Origin: Cyanidioschyzon merolae
Lineage: Eukaryota
Direction: 5' to 3' (one strand)
Assembly: GCA_000091205.1 (NCBI GenBank)
Contig: AP006501.2
Length of the DNA stretch: 64,000 nt
Numbering within the stretch: the first letter of the stretch is position 1; each line of letters starts with the position of its first letter. Below, in pieces: positions 9,992-22,013 of the stretch. Made by a program: the position numbers and the translations under genes. Under the pieces are notes generated by a model. It searched no databases. It worked only from the letters and a program-made list of their open reading frames with translations, and was not told the DNA's origin.

Positions 9992-10958
9992 ACATAAGCG
10001 TGGGCATCGGGGAAGCTATCCAAACCGCTGGCTGGACGGAGAATCGTAGGCGGCTTCGCCACTTTTGTAAGCGGCTTTCACAAGCTGGTGCCTAAAGTTT
10101 ACTGACCCTGTCATGCCACATACTCGATTCTGTTCGAAACACGAATCCTCGTCCGGATATGCCAGCCGACACAATGGAACTCGACAGCAGCCGGATGAGG
10201 GTCACGACGCTTGCTGCCTGAGGCTCCCGACTCTAGTGTGTTCACGGCCAGGGGTCTTGGACTCGGACTCCAGGCATCGAGGCGGTCGTTTCCAATGGAC
10301 TTGTTGTGGTCGCCTTGCACGACGCGCAGGGAGTGCGGACGGATCGACGTTTCTCTACTTGTTCTGTAGGCTGGATTTTCCGTTCGGTCATTGCTTCACC
10401 AAGGGCAATATCGAGTTCGACTTGCTGCGTACCGAGTGGCGCAACGTGCGCTTGCACCAGCATCGAACAGCGTACGCACCGAGGAGATCGCCCAGAAGAA
10501 GCCCGTGGTGGTTCGGTATGACAACGGGCACGGAAACGGAGAAGAGCATCTGTGGAAGCCGCCTGTCGCGGTTAGGGGCATGGAGCGAGCGGCGAAGCAA
10601 GCCCTCACGGTCCATAGAGTGTACGTTATTGGCAAAGGTCTAGAGGTCATACGTGCACACCAGACCGCAAACAAGAGTGACCGCTTGAAAGAGCGCACCG
10701 GGTCTGTATGCAGAGAAGATGGGCATGGCGAACGAAGCGTGGATCGCGACTTGTACCTGTGCCTGATATGGGTCGATGAGAGCTGGAAACTGCGGGACCG
10801 GCACTTCAAACGCTGCCAACGATGTCCATCGCCTGCTGGCAACGGAGCTGGAGTGGCAGGAGTGTCCGGTGTACGCAGGTCCGCAGGAAAGCGACGGGGT
10901 ACGGAAGCGGCTCAAGAAAAGGTCCAAAACCGCAGGTTTCGTTGATCGTACCAAGATA
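9636..10958. repeat. Segmental duplication copy 1 (1.3 kb). It is a near-identical direct repeat of 19796-21118.
   Basis: Both copies start with 'tcagatgaaaacggaaccctgaagagcgcgctcgattcg' and run colinearly at about 98-99% identity for ~1320 bp, offset by 10160 bp. ORFs 10113-10643 and 20273-20803 are almost identical. Confidence 0.9.
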
Positions 10959-13749
10959 CCAAAAATATAGGGAGGGCGTCCGAATGGTCAGTCCTTGGTA
11001 TTTCAGACGGACATGTTAGCAGAGACTTTGAGCGCGGTTGAAAGACGCGGGCACTGCAATGGATCGCTTTCAAGACGAGCTGATGTGCTGCTGGGAAGCT
11101 GACAACGCTGGGTCTCGGCGAACAGCAAGCATCCAGGACTGTTCGTCTGGTAGGTAGACTCAGTGGTGACGAAAATTGGAGCACCATGCTGTCGCATATA
11201 TTGCCCAAGAAGATCGCTTTCTTTGTCTAGATACATCGCTGAGGCCTCGCGTACGATCTGCAGCTCCATACTTTTCCAGTGCCAGTCTCGAAGCGAAGAT
11301 GCCGCCGCTTGGCTCTTAGCCCCTGATCTTCTTTCATCGGATCTACTCAGTGTTTCAGCAAAATGCCCACACTGAGTATTCAACGATGATCTCGATAGGT
11401 CGCTCAAAAAAAGGCCGATGGACTGTATGGGAGCATGATAACTTTCCGGATGGTGATCGAGGCCTTGGAGTTGCGACGCGTAAAGTGCTATGACGCCTCG
11501 TTGCCGTTGGAATCACACCAAAGCAAGCGTCTCGGTTGACGACGGCCTTGCCCTCGGACGTTCGGTCAGCATTCCGTACACGATTTCGTGCATCTGTTTC
11601 AGTTTCATGCTTTCCTTGTATAGAGGTCCCATGGTACGTCGATGCTTGTGGTGTGTGTCTGTCGTCCTGAACGTATGCATGGGAATCGTACAACATCGAA
11701 TTCTGCACTCATCGCATGCTTTCGTCGAAGCAGCAAGAGTGCGACCTCTGCGCGCTCCAGCAAGTCCAGCATCGTAGGCTACAATGACACGACAAGACTC
11801 GGAGGTCATTTCCTTTCCCCATGCAATGAAAAACTCGGCAGAGGCATGCTTCTCGTGTTCTGAAAACTGCAGCTCGTAGCTACTTGAGCACTGTCTCGTG
11901 TAGGCCAGCCATGTGTATCGTCCGCAAGAGCCACTCGGATGTTCATATCCTCACTGGAAGAACCGTAGAAAGCATCTTCCTCTGCCGGACCTGGTACTCA
12001 GGACGTCAAGATAGGTCCTGACGCCGCTATTCCGCTTGTTGGTATGCCTGCTGCCTACGATCCTGCCCAGCTCTCGATGATTACGATCCCTGGGAAAATC
12101 AGATCATATTGCTTGTTCTGCATCGAGCATCAGTGGCGAGGTCATACGAGGGTTTCATCGAAGCATTTCAGAAGCGACTGGACAGCTGGTAGCCCTGCGT
12201 TCACAGCTCCTTCAAAGCGTTGCTTGACGACGTGCGTCCAAGCAAAGGCGGGGTAAGCAAGCTATGCTGGGCGACGATGCGACGCGAGCTTTCGTTGCGT
12301 CCTGCATCCCACATGTTGCGAGATTCTGCGCGTTACTATGTTTCTCATACAGAAACCTGTACAACAGTTTCAGGTTGATATGAACGCTTCGACGGTTCCT
12401 GCTTCCTGTCCCTCGCCGTCCTCTTTTCGGGAAGTTTAGTCGCTTGGTTGTTCTACGGTATCCTCTGCTGTTCAAATTCTCAGCGGAACGGAATAGCTAT
12501 GGTCGCTGTCCTCTGTATCCGTTGTTTACCGCGGACTCAGACTTACCGGATGGATGATGGAACCAAAAATTGCCTTCTCTATGTACAAAACTCCTCTCCC
12601 GCAAGTGCCTCTTCGGCACCCTCTCGTTCATGAACCGAGAGGCGAAAGAGCAGTTTAGGGCTGGTCTAGGTGCTGAGCGCCGCGTCGAAAATCTTGGGTT
12701 TCACAGATGCGAAGGACTCGTCTACTGATCCGTGAGCTTAGAAGCGGCGTTTTACAACGTCGTAGGAGACGCCTTGGACAGGATTGAAGCCAAGAGAATA
12801 GGCTGCCGCGAAGAGCTGCTCGACACCAGTGCCAGCTGCGCATACCTTGACCGCCTTTGGGTGCTGAAAAGCGACATTTTCTCAGGGCGGAACCGAAGAA
12901 TGTAGGAAATGAAAACCCCGAAATGCTTCGAAGAAGCGTGAGGTGCTCATCGATCCCAAGCGTTTGACGACTCGTGGGTGACTAGACAAAAGCATCGTTG
13001 ATGGGCCTGATATCCTTGGAATGCTCAATCATCTCTTCTTTGCGATCAGATGATTTTTCTTCTCTTTAAGGGTCCATAAACAAGCCTACCATTTCTCCCG
13101 AATGAATTTTCATGGAGTGAGACGAACACTCGGTTCTCCTGGAATAAGCGTTCCCATTTCAATACGAAAAATCAATGGAGTGATTAGGATCGTAAGGCGG
13201 TCTGTCGTAAAAGCGCGCTTTTTCTATCTGTGCCCATCCGAGTATCTTCATCGCTGGTTGTATCAAATGTGAAGAAACGTCACAGCCTGTGGATTCGCCG
13301 GTAGTATATCATGGACAACGTATGGGGTGCAATGGATTGCTGAGGATAACGTCGTTTCCATACCATATGATATGTACTGTTATGGGTGCAAGGCGTCCAG
13401 CATAAGGTCGATGAGAAGGTGCGTTCGTGCACCTGCTGTCGGTAGAATGACTCACTTTTAGCTGTAAAGCCTTTTGTCGCCAGCTATCAGTCAATACATC
13501 AAGTGTATCCACGACGTTCTTCTAATCTACAGAATCAACTTCTTTTCTTGGACATTTGCGTGAAAAACAATTCACGTCAACAATAACGTGTTGATACAGG
13601 AGGTCAAGCGCTCGCTGCGCTGACGATCATGCCAGGTACTTGCCCAGCAACGCTGCTCAGAGTCGTAGCGTTGCACGTTCTGCAGCGACGGGACGCGGGT
13701 ATTGATTCCATGGACGACGTGATAGTCTGTTAACGCACTTGGGCATTTC

Positions 13750-15411
13750 GTGTGTGTCCTTACACCAGAACCACCCTGTTCGTGCTTGCTATACCTTCAC
13801 AGCGGTGTGAGCGGTTGGCGGACCTTTGGCAGCTTCGTTCATAACTCGGAGGCGCTGTGCGTACGGCGTGCTCACCGGTCTGTTTACTCTGGGTGGCGAC
13901 GAACCTCTATGGGAACACGACATGCGTACGTTTCCCTGTCCGCATTGAGCCAAGGCTTAGCAAATCGACGCCCGTTTCACCCTACCGTCTTCGGAACTCT
14001 GGGATCGAAACAAAAGCGGCTTCAAAAGTGTTGCTTCTGTAACTGCGGTGGGCGTTTCCGAGTCACCATGCGTACAGTGCGCGGAGAAGGACCAGCCCAG
14101 CGGCGTCCTATGGTGGTTGTTATTGCAGGTCCCACTGCAGTAGGAAAATCGCAGTTGGCCCACGAACTCGCAGCTCGACTGAATGGTGAGATCATCTCTG
14201 CCGACTCGGTACAGGTTTATCGAGGGCTCGACATTGGCGCAAACAAGCCAAGCGCGTTAGAAAGATCGCTCATTCCCTATCATTTGGTGGACATACTGGA
14301 GCCGTCGAGAGACGCCTTCTCTGCTGGCAGTTTCTACGAGCTCGCTCGAGCGGCGACGACCGCTATCCTGGGTCGCCAACGTGTTCCCATCGTTGTTGGT
14401 GGCACCATGATGTACCTCCGATGGTATGTCTTGGGTAAACCCGCAACAACAGCACCGACACCGGAGATCACGCGCGCTGTTCTCGCTGAACTCGCCCTCG
14501 ACGAATGGGACTGGGACCGCTGCCTAGCGCGGCTGGCAGCGCACGACCCCGAACGAGCAGCAATGCTACATCGTAACGACTGGTATCGACTGCGACGGGC
14601 ACTCGAAGTCGTAAAAAGCACCGGTGGAATAGGTATTGGTGGCCTACCGCTCAGAGGCGGAGCGCCTTGTTCCCGTCGCGCAACTGCTGCGCCACTATCC
14701 GCAACGCACATGGCTGCAGGGCCGTCATCGTCGTCGGCATGGACCGACACCGCACCCCCTGCAACAATAACAACGAAAGCCCCTGACCTGGATGTGGACT
14801 TTCGTTGTTATTTCCTGAGCCTTCCCCGAGTGGAGCTGAACCGACGCATAGATGCTCGCTGTGAGGATATGGTGTGGCGAGGCCTGCTCCTGGAGACTGC
14901 AGGTCTGCTCCGGGGCCCATGGGCGGCTATTGAAACAGGTACGGGGCCGGAAGCGGGCCTCGATGCGGAAACATCCAAAGCGTTGAGTGCCTTTCGTGCC
15001 ATTGGGTATCGCCAAGCTATTGAGTACTTGCAGCACGGTGAACGGACCCCGGCTGGTTTGCGTGCCTTTCTTGCCAAGTTCATGCAAGCATCACGGCAAT
15101 ACGCACGAAGACAGATCCAGTGGTTTCGCTCAGAGACGCTTTTCCGCTGGAGAGCGGCAGACCAGCCGGATCTCGTGGATCGCATTGAGAATGAGCTGCA
15201 GCGTGTCTCGCCGGTCGACGCACATGACGATGCGGAGGACGCGCGACTTCGAATGGAGAGCCATCGAGAGGCGAAGCAAATGAAACGATACCAAAGTTGT
15301 TTGCAAATATTCCATGATGATAGCAGGGCATGGCAAGTGCTACGAGCGCTTGATCCTTCGAGACCCAGTGATCCTGGTGTGCATGCTCCACCATCGCTGC
15401 CGACGTCTTGA
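13750..15411 (+). CDS. tRNA dimethylallyltransferase (IPT; MiaA/Mod5 family) with an N-terminal extension of about 115 aa
   Basis: P-loop 'VVVIAGPTAVGKSQLAHELAARLNGEIISADSVQVYRGLDIGANKPS', 'PYHLVDILEP', 'VPIVVGGTMMYLRWYV', 'DWYRLRRALEVV'. All are hallmark IPT motifs. Confidence 0.85.
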   Translation: MCVLTPEPPCSCLLYLHSGVSGWRTFGSFVHNSEALCVRRAHRSVYSGWRRTSMGTRHAYVSLSALSQGLANRRPFHPTVFGTLGSKQKRLQKCCFCNCGGRFRVTMRTVRGEGPAQRRPMVVVIAGPTAVGKSQLAHELAARLNGEIISADSVQVYRGLDIGANKPSALERSLIPYHLVDILEPSRDAFSAGSFYELARAATTAILGRQRVPIVVGGTMMYLRWYVLGKPATTAPTPEITRAVLAELALDEWDWDRCLARLAAHDPERAAMLHRNDWYRLRRALEVVKSTGGIGIGGLPLRGGAPCSRRATAAPLSATHMAAGPSSSSAWTDTAPPATITTKAPDLDVDFRCYFLSLPRVELNRRIDARCEDMVWRGLLLETAGLLRGPWAAIETGTGPEAGLDAETSKALSAFRAIGYRQAIEYLQHGERTPAGLRAFLAKFMQASRQYARRQIQWFRSETLFRWRAADQPDLVDRIENELQRVSPVDAHDDAEDARLRMESHREAKQMKRYQSCLQIFHDDSRAWQVLRALDPSRPSDPGVHAPPSLPTS

Positions 15412-17860
15412 GCAATGCCTTGAGGCCTGTCGCAAGCGTGCGGAAGTTGCAATGTATGACGCAGGGCATCAACGTCAGCAGCTGTGGTTGCTTTCGCGAT
15501 TCTCCACGGTGTGCGTGTGTGCGCGGCGTCTGAAGCGAATACTCGCTGCAGCGTATTTCATGCCTTCTGGTCTGGAGAATCTGCTCCGCTGACGCAGAGT
15601 ATGGAGGTCAGCATGTGGGGTTGCTGTTGAAGAATCCGTACCGATTGTGAAGTGCGTGCTTCACTTGCGTCTGGAAGCGTGTGGCTTTGTCTGTATCCTA
15701 GTCGCCTCATGCTGCAGACGACTCGGATCCGCCAGATGCCAGAAATTCATAGACGCACTACTTCGTTCAGGTCCGGACTACATTTTGCAGTCATTGCGTG
15801 TGAGAAATCCAGTGCAACCTGCTGTACATGCGTAGTCGCGGTCCGCGAGTCTAATCAGGCAGTGTCTTGCTTCCGGATAAAGCACCTTGCCTGCAAGTGG
15901 GTACTCGTTGGTACACCAAACAACGTATTCATGGCAATATTGGGGCCTATAGATCACTGTGAAACCGTCGCACAGCTGTGAGCGAGTCCATCTTTTTCGG
16001 ACCGTTTCCGTCTCTCAAAATGCGTGTTTTTATAGAACCTTGCTCCGAAAGGTTTTCGACGTTACAGTGACTATCGGAATGCTGACATACCGACCGAGAC
16101 TGCCCGGCACCATACAGTGGACCCGGCGCCGCACCTAAAGGCTGTACCACGAGCGCTTCTTTTCGCTCGCCTTTTTTGCCCTCCAGTACGAGCCTATTCT
16201 AAAGCTCCGTGTCCCGCAACGCTGCACCATGCAATGTCCATGTTGTTGCGTTGATGCAGTGCCTGGTGCTGCGGAGAGCGCCTGCGATCCAGTTGCCCGC
16301 ATCGCATCCCTCGTAAGCAGTATCAGATGAAAAATGAACCACTGATGTGGTAGCTCTGTTGCTACCTCTGGGCTTTCTCTGGATTTTCTCCTAGATGTGA
16401 AGCCTCGGCATCCAAACTGCGGCGTTATGGGTGTTTGGATCCATACATAGATTTGGGAATTTATGAAGTGTTTTCGGAGGGGCTTTTTCGACACATTGCC
16501 AGTGTAATTCGATACATCGCTGCCATCAGCATGATTGACGACGTAGTGGTGAAAGGGATCGTAGCATATCGATATCATTGTCCAGTTCGTATGTACAGGC
16601 ATCCACGTATGTCCTCAAATTACGTGGAGCGTGTTCATGTCAGGTACTCTTCACGTTTCCTATTTTTCTGATTCAAGGCAACTCGTAGGCGCGGAAACTC
16701 GGGCTACAGGACTGACACGGAACACAAGTCGATGTCGTTCCTTGTCGACTTCTTTACGAACGCATACGGAAGCCGAAACGAATCTTTCGTGCCAAAAAAT
16801 CGATTTTACTCGAAAGAAAATTCCCCATTTCGTAGAGAGCATCGACGAAACGGCACTCGCGGCCATGATGGTACATCATAACGGGTACGCTCCCAGATGC
16901 TCACATTTCACCCATTTGCACGAAAATGGGGCTTTGACTCGGGACTCACTCAACGCAGCGATCGCTTCTGTTGTAGCGTGCGTTACCGCTTTTCGCGAAA
17001 TGCCGGAAGGCGGATCGATATTTCTCGACTTGTACTGCGACCTCGACCTATCTCTCGGTACTTTTCTTCCATCATGGACAAGGTCTGGTTCCAAAAGCCG
17101 TCAATCGAATGGCACGTCGTGCATTTGCAGGCACAACAGGCAGACTACTTTTCGGGGGAATTGCTCGCAAGAGACTTGCGATCATGGCGTACAGCACCGG
17201 GCGCTTGAGCGGAAGCGGCCTCCAAGCCAAGCCCTCTGTACGCATCAAGGGTATGGACAGAGCGATGAAACAAGCGTTCACGCTCCACAGAGCGCCTCTG
17301 GAAGGCGAACGAGGCGTGCCTGACATGTGGGACTCCTGACAGTAGCCAAATTTCCCGGCTGTGAAGCGCGCAAGGAGGTTGCATGCAAAGATGATGAACA
17401 TGGCAAGCGAAGCGCGGATCACAACTACCGCCTGTGCATAGAATACGCGATCAGTAGTCAAAAGCGGCAATATTAGGAATTGAACGCTGCCATCAACATG
17501 CTTTTTCTGCTGACAACCGAGCTGGAGGGACAGTAGAAATCAGCATGTTGAAAGCCGGAGAGCAGAGAGATCTGTAGGAGCCTGTCGTTGGAGAAACCTG
17601 CGAAAGGCTGGTATTGGTCACACTGGGAAGAAATACACAATTCTGTTTCTACACCCCTCGAGTTGCGTGCATGGAATCGTTTTATTTTTTCTCGCACGGA
17701 AGTATCGCCTTCTCCTTGCATCGAACGAGACGCTCCGTGGATGTGCAACCGCCGTCATTGACGTCGTCGCATTCGCTACGATCCGGGAACGGCTTGTTCG
17801 CAACTGCTTTGACGAGTTCGTACGGGTTAGTGCTTCTATACACTGGACAGGCAACCGCTT

Positions 17861-18649
17861 GTGATAATGGAAGCATCATCGATCCAGGTGGACCTCGGGC
17901 ACCTAAAAGTTATCGATAATCGAGCGGTAGAGGAGCAGTCCGACATCGATGCGCGAGCATCTACGGCGGTGCAGCGGCTCGTAGACGAGCTCTTCCAGCT
18001 GCCACCAGACACAGCTGCCACAGAGCAGGTGGGTTTTGGTCGGGTGGTGCGTCTTCCAGCGCCAATTGAGCGCCTTCCACGTGAGAAACCGCTTCCGAAA
18101 CGCGAACAGTTGCAGACCAGGTGGGAGCGTTTCGCCCAGGCCAAGGGCATTCAACGTCACAAGCGGGAGCGCTTCGTCTGGGACGAGACGTCTCAGTCTT
18201 GGCGCCCGCGCCACGGAGGTGGTAAAGCGCGTCCATCAATCCATTCTAAAGCTACTGAATGGATCATTGAGGATAAAGAAGAGGGACCACCCGGGCGGAA
18301 CCCGTTCCGCCGTCGGAAAGGATCACCAGAGAGCCGGAAAGCTGCTGCCGGGCCAACTGCCTCCGTCAAGAGCACCAAAGCGACCGCGAAGCGAGACCGT
18401 GTGAGGGAGGCACAGCAAAAGCTCTCGGAACGTATGAAGAGCGCCAAAGACGCCCTTGACCATCAACTTAGCATCGCCCAACGGAGCACTGCAAGTATGG
18501 GAGCGTACGACCGACGAATCGATGGTGAACGGGATCACCGGCAACGTGGCAAGTCACGGGCCGGGGAGCTGAACACTCCGTCCCAGTATGCTTCGGAGAG
18601 AAAGCGGGCCTTGCAGGTTGCAGATGCCGTACTCCAGGGAATTTCATAG
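17861..18649 (+). CDS. RRS1: Ribosome biogenesis regulatory protein RRS1
   Basis: 'DLGHLKVIDN...LVDELFQLP...LPREKPLPKREQLQTRWERFAQAKGIQRHKRERFVWDETSQSWRPRHG' matches the conserved RRS1 core (yeast 'LPREKPLPK...KWEKFAAKKGI...YDEASGEWVPKWGYK'). Confidence 0.8.
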   Translation: MIMEASSIQVDLGHLKVIDNRAVEEQSDIDARASTAVQRLVDELFQLPPDTAATEQVGFGRVVRLPAPIERLPREKPLPKREQLQTRWERFAQAKGIQRHKRERFVWDETSQSWRPRHGGGKARPSIHSKATEWIIEDKEEGPPGRNPFRRRKGSPESRKAAAGPTASVKSTKATAKRDRVREAQQKLSERMKSAKDALDHQLSIAQRSTASMGAYDRRIDGERDHRQRGKSRAGELNTPSQYASERKRALQVADAVLQGIS

Positions 18650-19338
18650 CGAAGAACGTGCGTGTACATCGGAGCCTGCATTCATGGAGCCGCATTCGTG
18701 GAAGGCCACCAGCAATGCGACGCCTGCGTAATATGGTGATGCAGTGTCCAGACGGACGGGGAATCTTAAAAGCAGGAAACTCGTTGGCGACTTGTGGTTA
18801 GAGGACGCGTGCAGCTGGTAGATATACGGCGCGCTCTGCGTGACAAAGACGATGTCCTCGTTCTATTCGAGATACGCTTGACAATCCTCGGATACTGAGA
18901 TGATATGAGACTTGTGATGATGCGCGTTGTCGCGAGCGCGTGGAGAAGTCCCGACCAGCAAACGCCATCGTACGCCATTACTTTCCTGTTTACGCATCCG
19001 CTCAAGACACGGGTATGCGGACATCCAAGAGTCAGCTGAATGAGAACTGCAGCGAGCTCCCAGGCGTGCTTTGAGGTTGAAACTCTCGCGTATACGGCGA
19101 GCTGCGCACGCAGTTTAAGAACACTGCAGTTGGCGCGAATGATGCGCAAATTATCCATGGATGCAGGTACGGAGCAAAAGCTGACCTAATGGAGATACAC
19201 TCCTGTAGACTGGTAGTAGTTCGCTCATGGACATGGCTCTTTCCATGTTCTGGATGAACAGCTACGAGTCCGCGATGGAGCGCAGTACCCCATGTTCCGA
19301 TATCTTGAAATACAGTGACATAAGAGACATATCGATCC

Positions 19339-19374
<36 letters not shown>
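19339..19374. repeat. (CGCA)9 microsatellite
   Basis: Direct read: cgcacgcacgcacgcacgcacgcacgcacgcacgca. Confidence 0.95.
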
Positions 19375-19375
<1 letters not shown>

Positions 19376-19470
19376 CTCGATCTGACACGCACGCAGTGGC
19401 CTCGACTAGGAACCAGAAGGCTCACGCGATCGATTCATCATTTCACTTCCAAACGGATCCTGATTATGAT

Positions 19471-20151
19471 TCATGGAATTGGCGAGTTTGACTCTACATC
19501 GAGTGTCGGTTGCTTCCGTGGTTGGTGGTAACCATCGTGCAACCCGAGGGTCCCAGGTAGCTTGATTGACCCTGCATCATTAGAAAGGCGACGAGAAGTA
19601 TGCCTTATGGGCGAGCGCCGCTTACCTACTGAGCCGAGTCGGCTACACTCTTCTCGACTCGCGATAAATTTTCCAACGATCGGTTGTTTGGTCGCAAGGA
19701 TTGGTATCAGTGACCAGGCACGTCGCGAGTGCGAATATCTCGTTGATGAAGGAATTGAAACTTGCGCGCTGTGTTGGGCACCAGCACGACACGCCTCAGA
19801 TGAAAACGGAACCCTGAAGAGCGCGCTCGATTCGTTCATGCCGTCTTTCTTCCCCGGGAGTTTGGTACCTGTAAAGACTCGATATTCAATAAGCAGCATT
19901 GGAAGGTTTGCGGACTCATAGATTGGACTTGGATTCTCGGGCGTGTTTTCAGTTTGGCTGTTTCGACTTGCTGCCGCTGGGACATGAACGGTTCGCATCA
20001 TCACGATGATTTGCGACGAGCTCGAGCAACAGTTCGCAAAATATCCGAGCTTATTATCGATTCCATACATGGAAACGCCACTGTTCTCGCTTCGCTCTCC
20101 ATAATATCCTCGAACCTGGTACGCCTCACCTGCTGGATCTTCAAGCACCAA
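19471..20151 (-). pseudogene. Partial duplicate of the 5' end of the giant gene. It is a chimeric 226-aa ORF: its first ~118 aa are ~97% identical to the N-terminus of ORF 2783-9991, then it reads into unique sequence.
   Basis: 'MVLEDPAGEAYQVRGYYGERSENSGVSMYGIDNKLGYFANCC...VPFSSE' matches the giant-ORF N-terminus. It diverges at the duplication boundary (19796). Confidence 0.45.
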
Positions 20152-21118
20152 ACATAAGCGTGGGCATCGGGGAAGCTATCCAAACCGCTGGCTGGACGGA
20201 GAATCGTAGGCGGCTTCGCCACTTTTGTAAGGGCGATCCACAAGCTGGTGCCTAAAGTTTACTGACCCTGTCATGCCACATACTCGATTCTGTTCGAAAC
20301 ACGAATCCTCGTCCGGATATGCCAGCCGACACAATGGAACTCGACAGCAGCCGGATGAGGGTCACGACGCTTGCTGCCTGAGGCTCCCGACTCTAGTGTG
20401 TTCACGGCCAGGGGTCTTGGACTCGGACTCCAGGCATCGAGGCGGTCGTTTCCAATGGACTTGTTGTGGTCGCCTTGCACGACGCGCAGGGAGTGCGGAC
20501 GGATCGACGTTTCTCTACTTGTTCTGTAGGCTGGATTTTCCGTTCGGTCATTGCTTCACCAAGGGCAATATCGCGTTCGACTTGCTGCGTACCGAGTGGC
20601 GCAACGTGCGCTTGCACCAGCATCGAACAGCGTACGCACCGCGGAGATCGCCCAGAAGAAGCCCGTGGTGGTTCGGCATGGCACCGGGCACGGAAACGGA
20701 GAAGAGCACCTGTGGAAGCCGCCTGTCGCGGTTAGGGGCATGGAGCGAGCGGCGAAGCAAGCCCTCACGGTCCATAGAGCGTACGTTATTGGCAAAGGTC
20801 TAGAGGTCATACGTGCACACCAGACCGCAAACAAGAGTGACCGCTTGAAAGAGCGCACCGGGTCTGTATGCAGAGAAGATGGGCATGGCGAACGAAGCGT
20901 GGATCGCGACTTGTACCTGTGCCTGATATGGGTCGATGAGAGCTGGAAACTGCGGGACCGGCACTTCAAACGCTGCCAACGATGTCCATCGCCTGCTGGC
21001 AACGGAGCTGGAGTGGCAGGAGTGTCCGGTGTACGCAGGTCCGCAGGAAAGCGACGGGGTACGGAAGCGGCTCAAGAAAAGGTCCAAAACCGCAGGTTTC
21101 GTTGACAGTACCAAGAGA
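19796..21118. repeat. Segmental duplication copy 2
   Basis: See copy 1. The few differences include 10414 a versus 20574 c, and 'tcgtaccaagatacc' versus 'cagtaccaagagatcc' at the distal end. Confidence 0.9.
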
Positions 21119-22013
21119 TCCACACTGTCATATGCGCACCCGAGTTTGAGCTCCTGTTCCATTTTATGCCGTGTGATGGATGTGATGCCGTGCACGAGAG
21201 GCGCGTTATCACCCAGGCAGGCAATCGCAGCGCTCCACCATTGCAAGTCAACGTCTCAGCGACAATCACGAGGCGATCCTAGGTATTTCTCTTGCTCATT
21301 CCAGTACGCTGCTGAGATTATTTGTAATGGATTACAGTGTTTGGGTGGTTTATCCGGATTCCATCAAGTTCCACAAAGCATATGCATATCGCCCGAAAAG
21401 ATCCAGAAGATGATTTTCTCATTTATGAGTATCTTGGTGGCAAGCTTATCGATCGGGAACGCCACCACACAAGTTTCACGCTATGTGGAAAAGTAAAACC
21501 CCCTCATGGATCTGTTATCAGTTCCTCGTATGGCAGTTACACGCGCATGAGCATGCCATTGTGTGACGAAGGCTGTTCGTTCGCAACGTCATCAGCCGAA
21601 ATACGACCCGAACAACATGCGTCATCGTTATGCCCCTTCCTGTGAGACACTTTATTTAAGTTAGTGGCTGAGCGAATGCACCTCATCCTCGTTCTCTAGA
21701 GGGTACGGCAACGATCACGGCGGCTGGGCTGATTCGGTCCAGCGCGCGATCCACCTCTCCGAATAGGCCCAAGTCGTCTAGAATCTGTACGATGCAAACA
21801 TTTTTCCTCGAACAGCGCAGAATCACGTCGTATCTGCCCATGCAGTACGCGTAGCTAGCTGGTTGCGGTGCTCGGCAAGACGATCTCGTTATAGCGCAGA
21901 CACTAATATCCGCGCGTGACGATCTGCGATCCCTAAGGTGGTTGTATACCGTATCATAGACGGTCTACGTAGTATCCAATGCCCAATATCCGCACAAAGC
22001 GACCTTATGTTGC

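Noticed and set aside
10113-10945. 176-184-aa ORFs inside the duplicated segment (10113-10643, 10391-10945, and their copies at 20273-20803, 20551-21105)
   Set aside because: These are Arg/Ser/Gly-rich with no motifs, and overlapping alternative frames on both strands are equally open. This is typical of GC-rich non-coding or promoter sequence, and they are near-identical between copies only because the DNA is duplicated.
9636-21118. Two 1.3-kb direct repeats 10 kb apart read as LTRs of a retrotransposon
   Set aside because: The repeats lack TG...CA termini. The internal 8.8 kb encodes ordinary single-copy host genes (IPT, RRS1) and no gag/pol/RT/integrase. A segmental duplication fits better.
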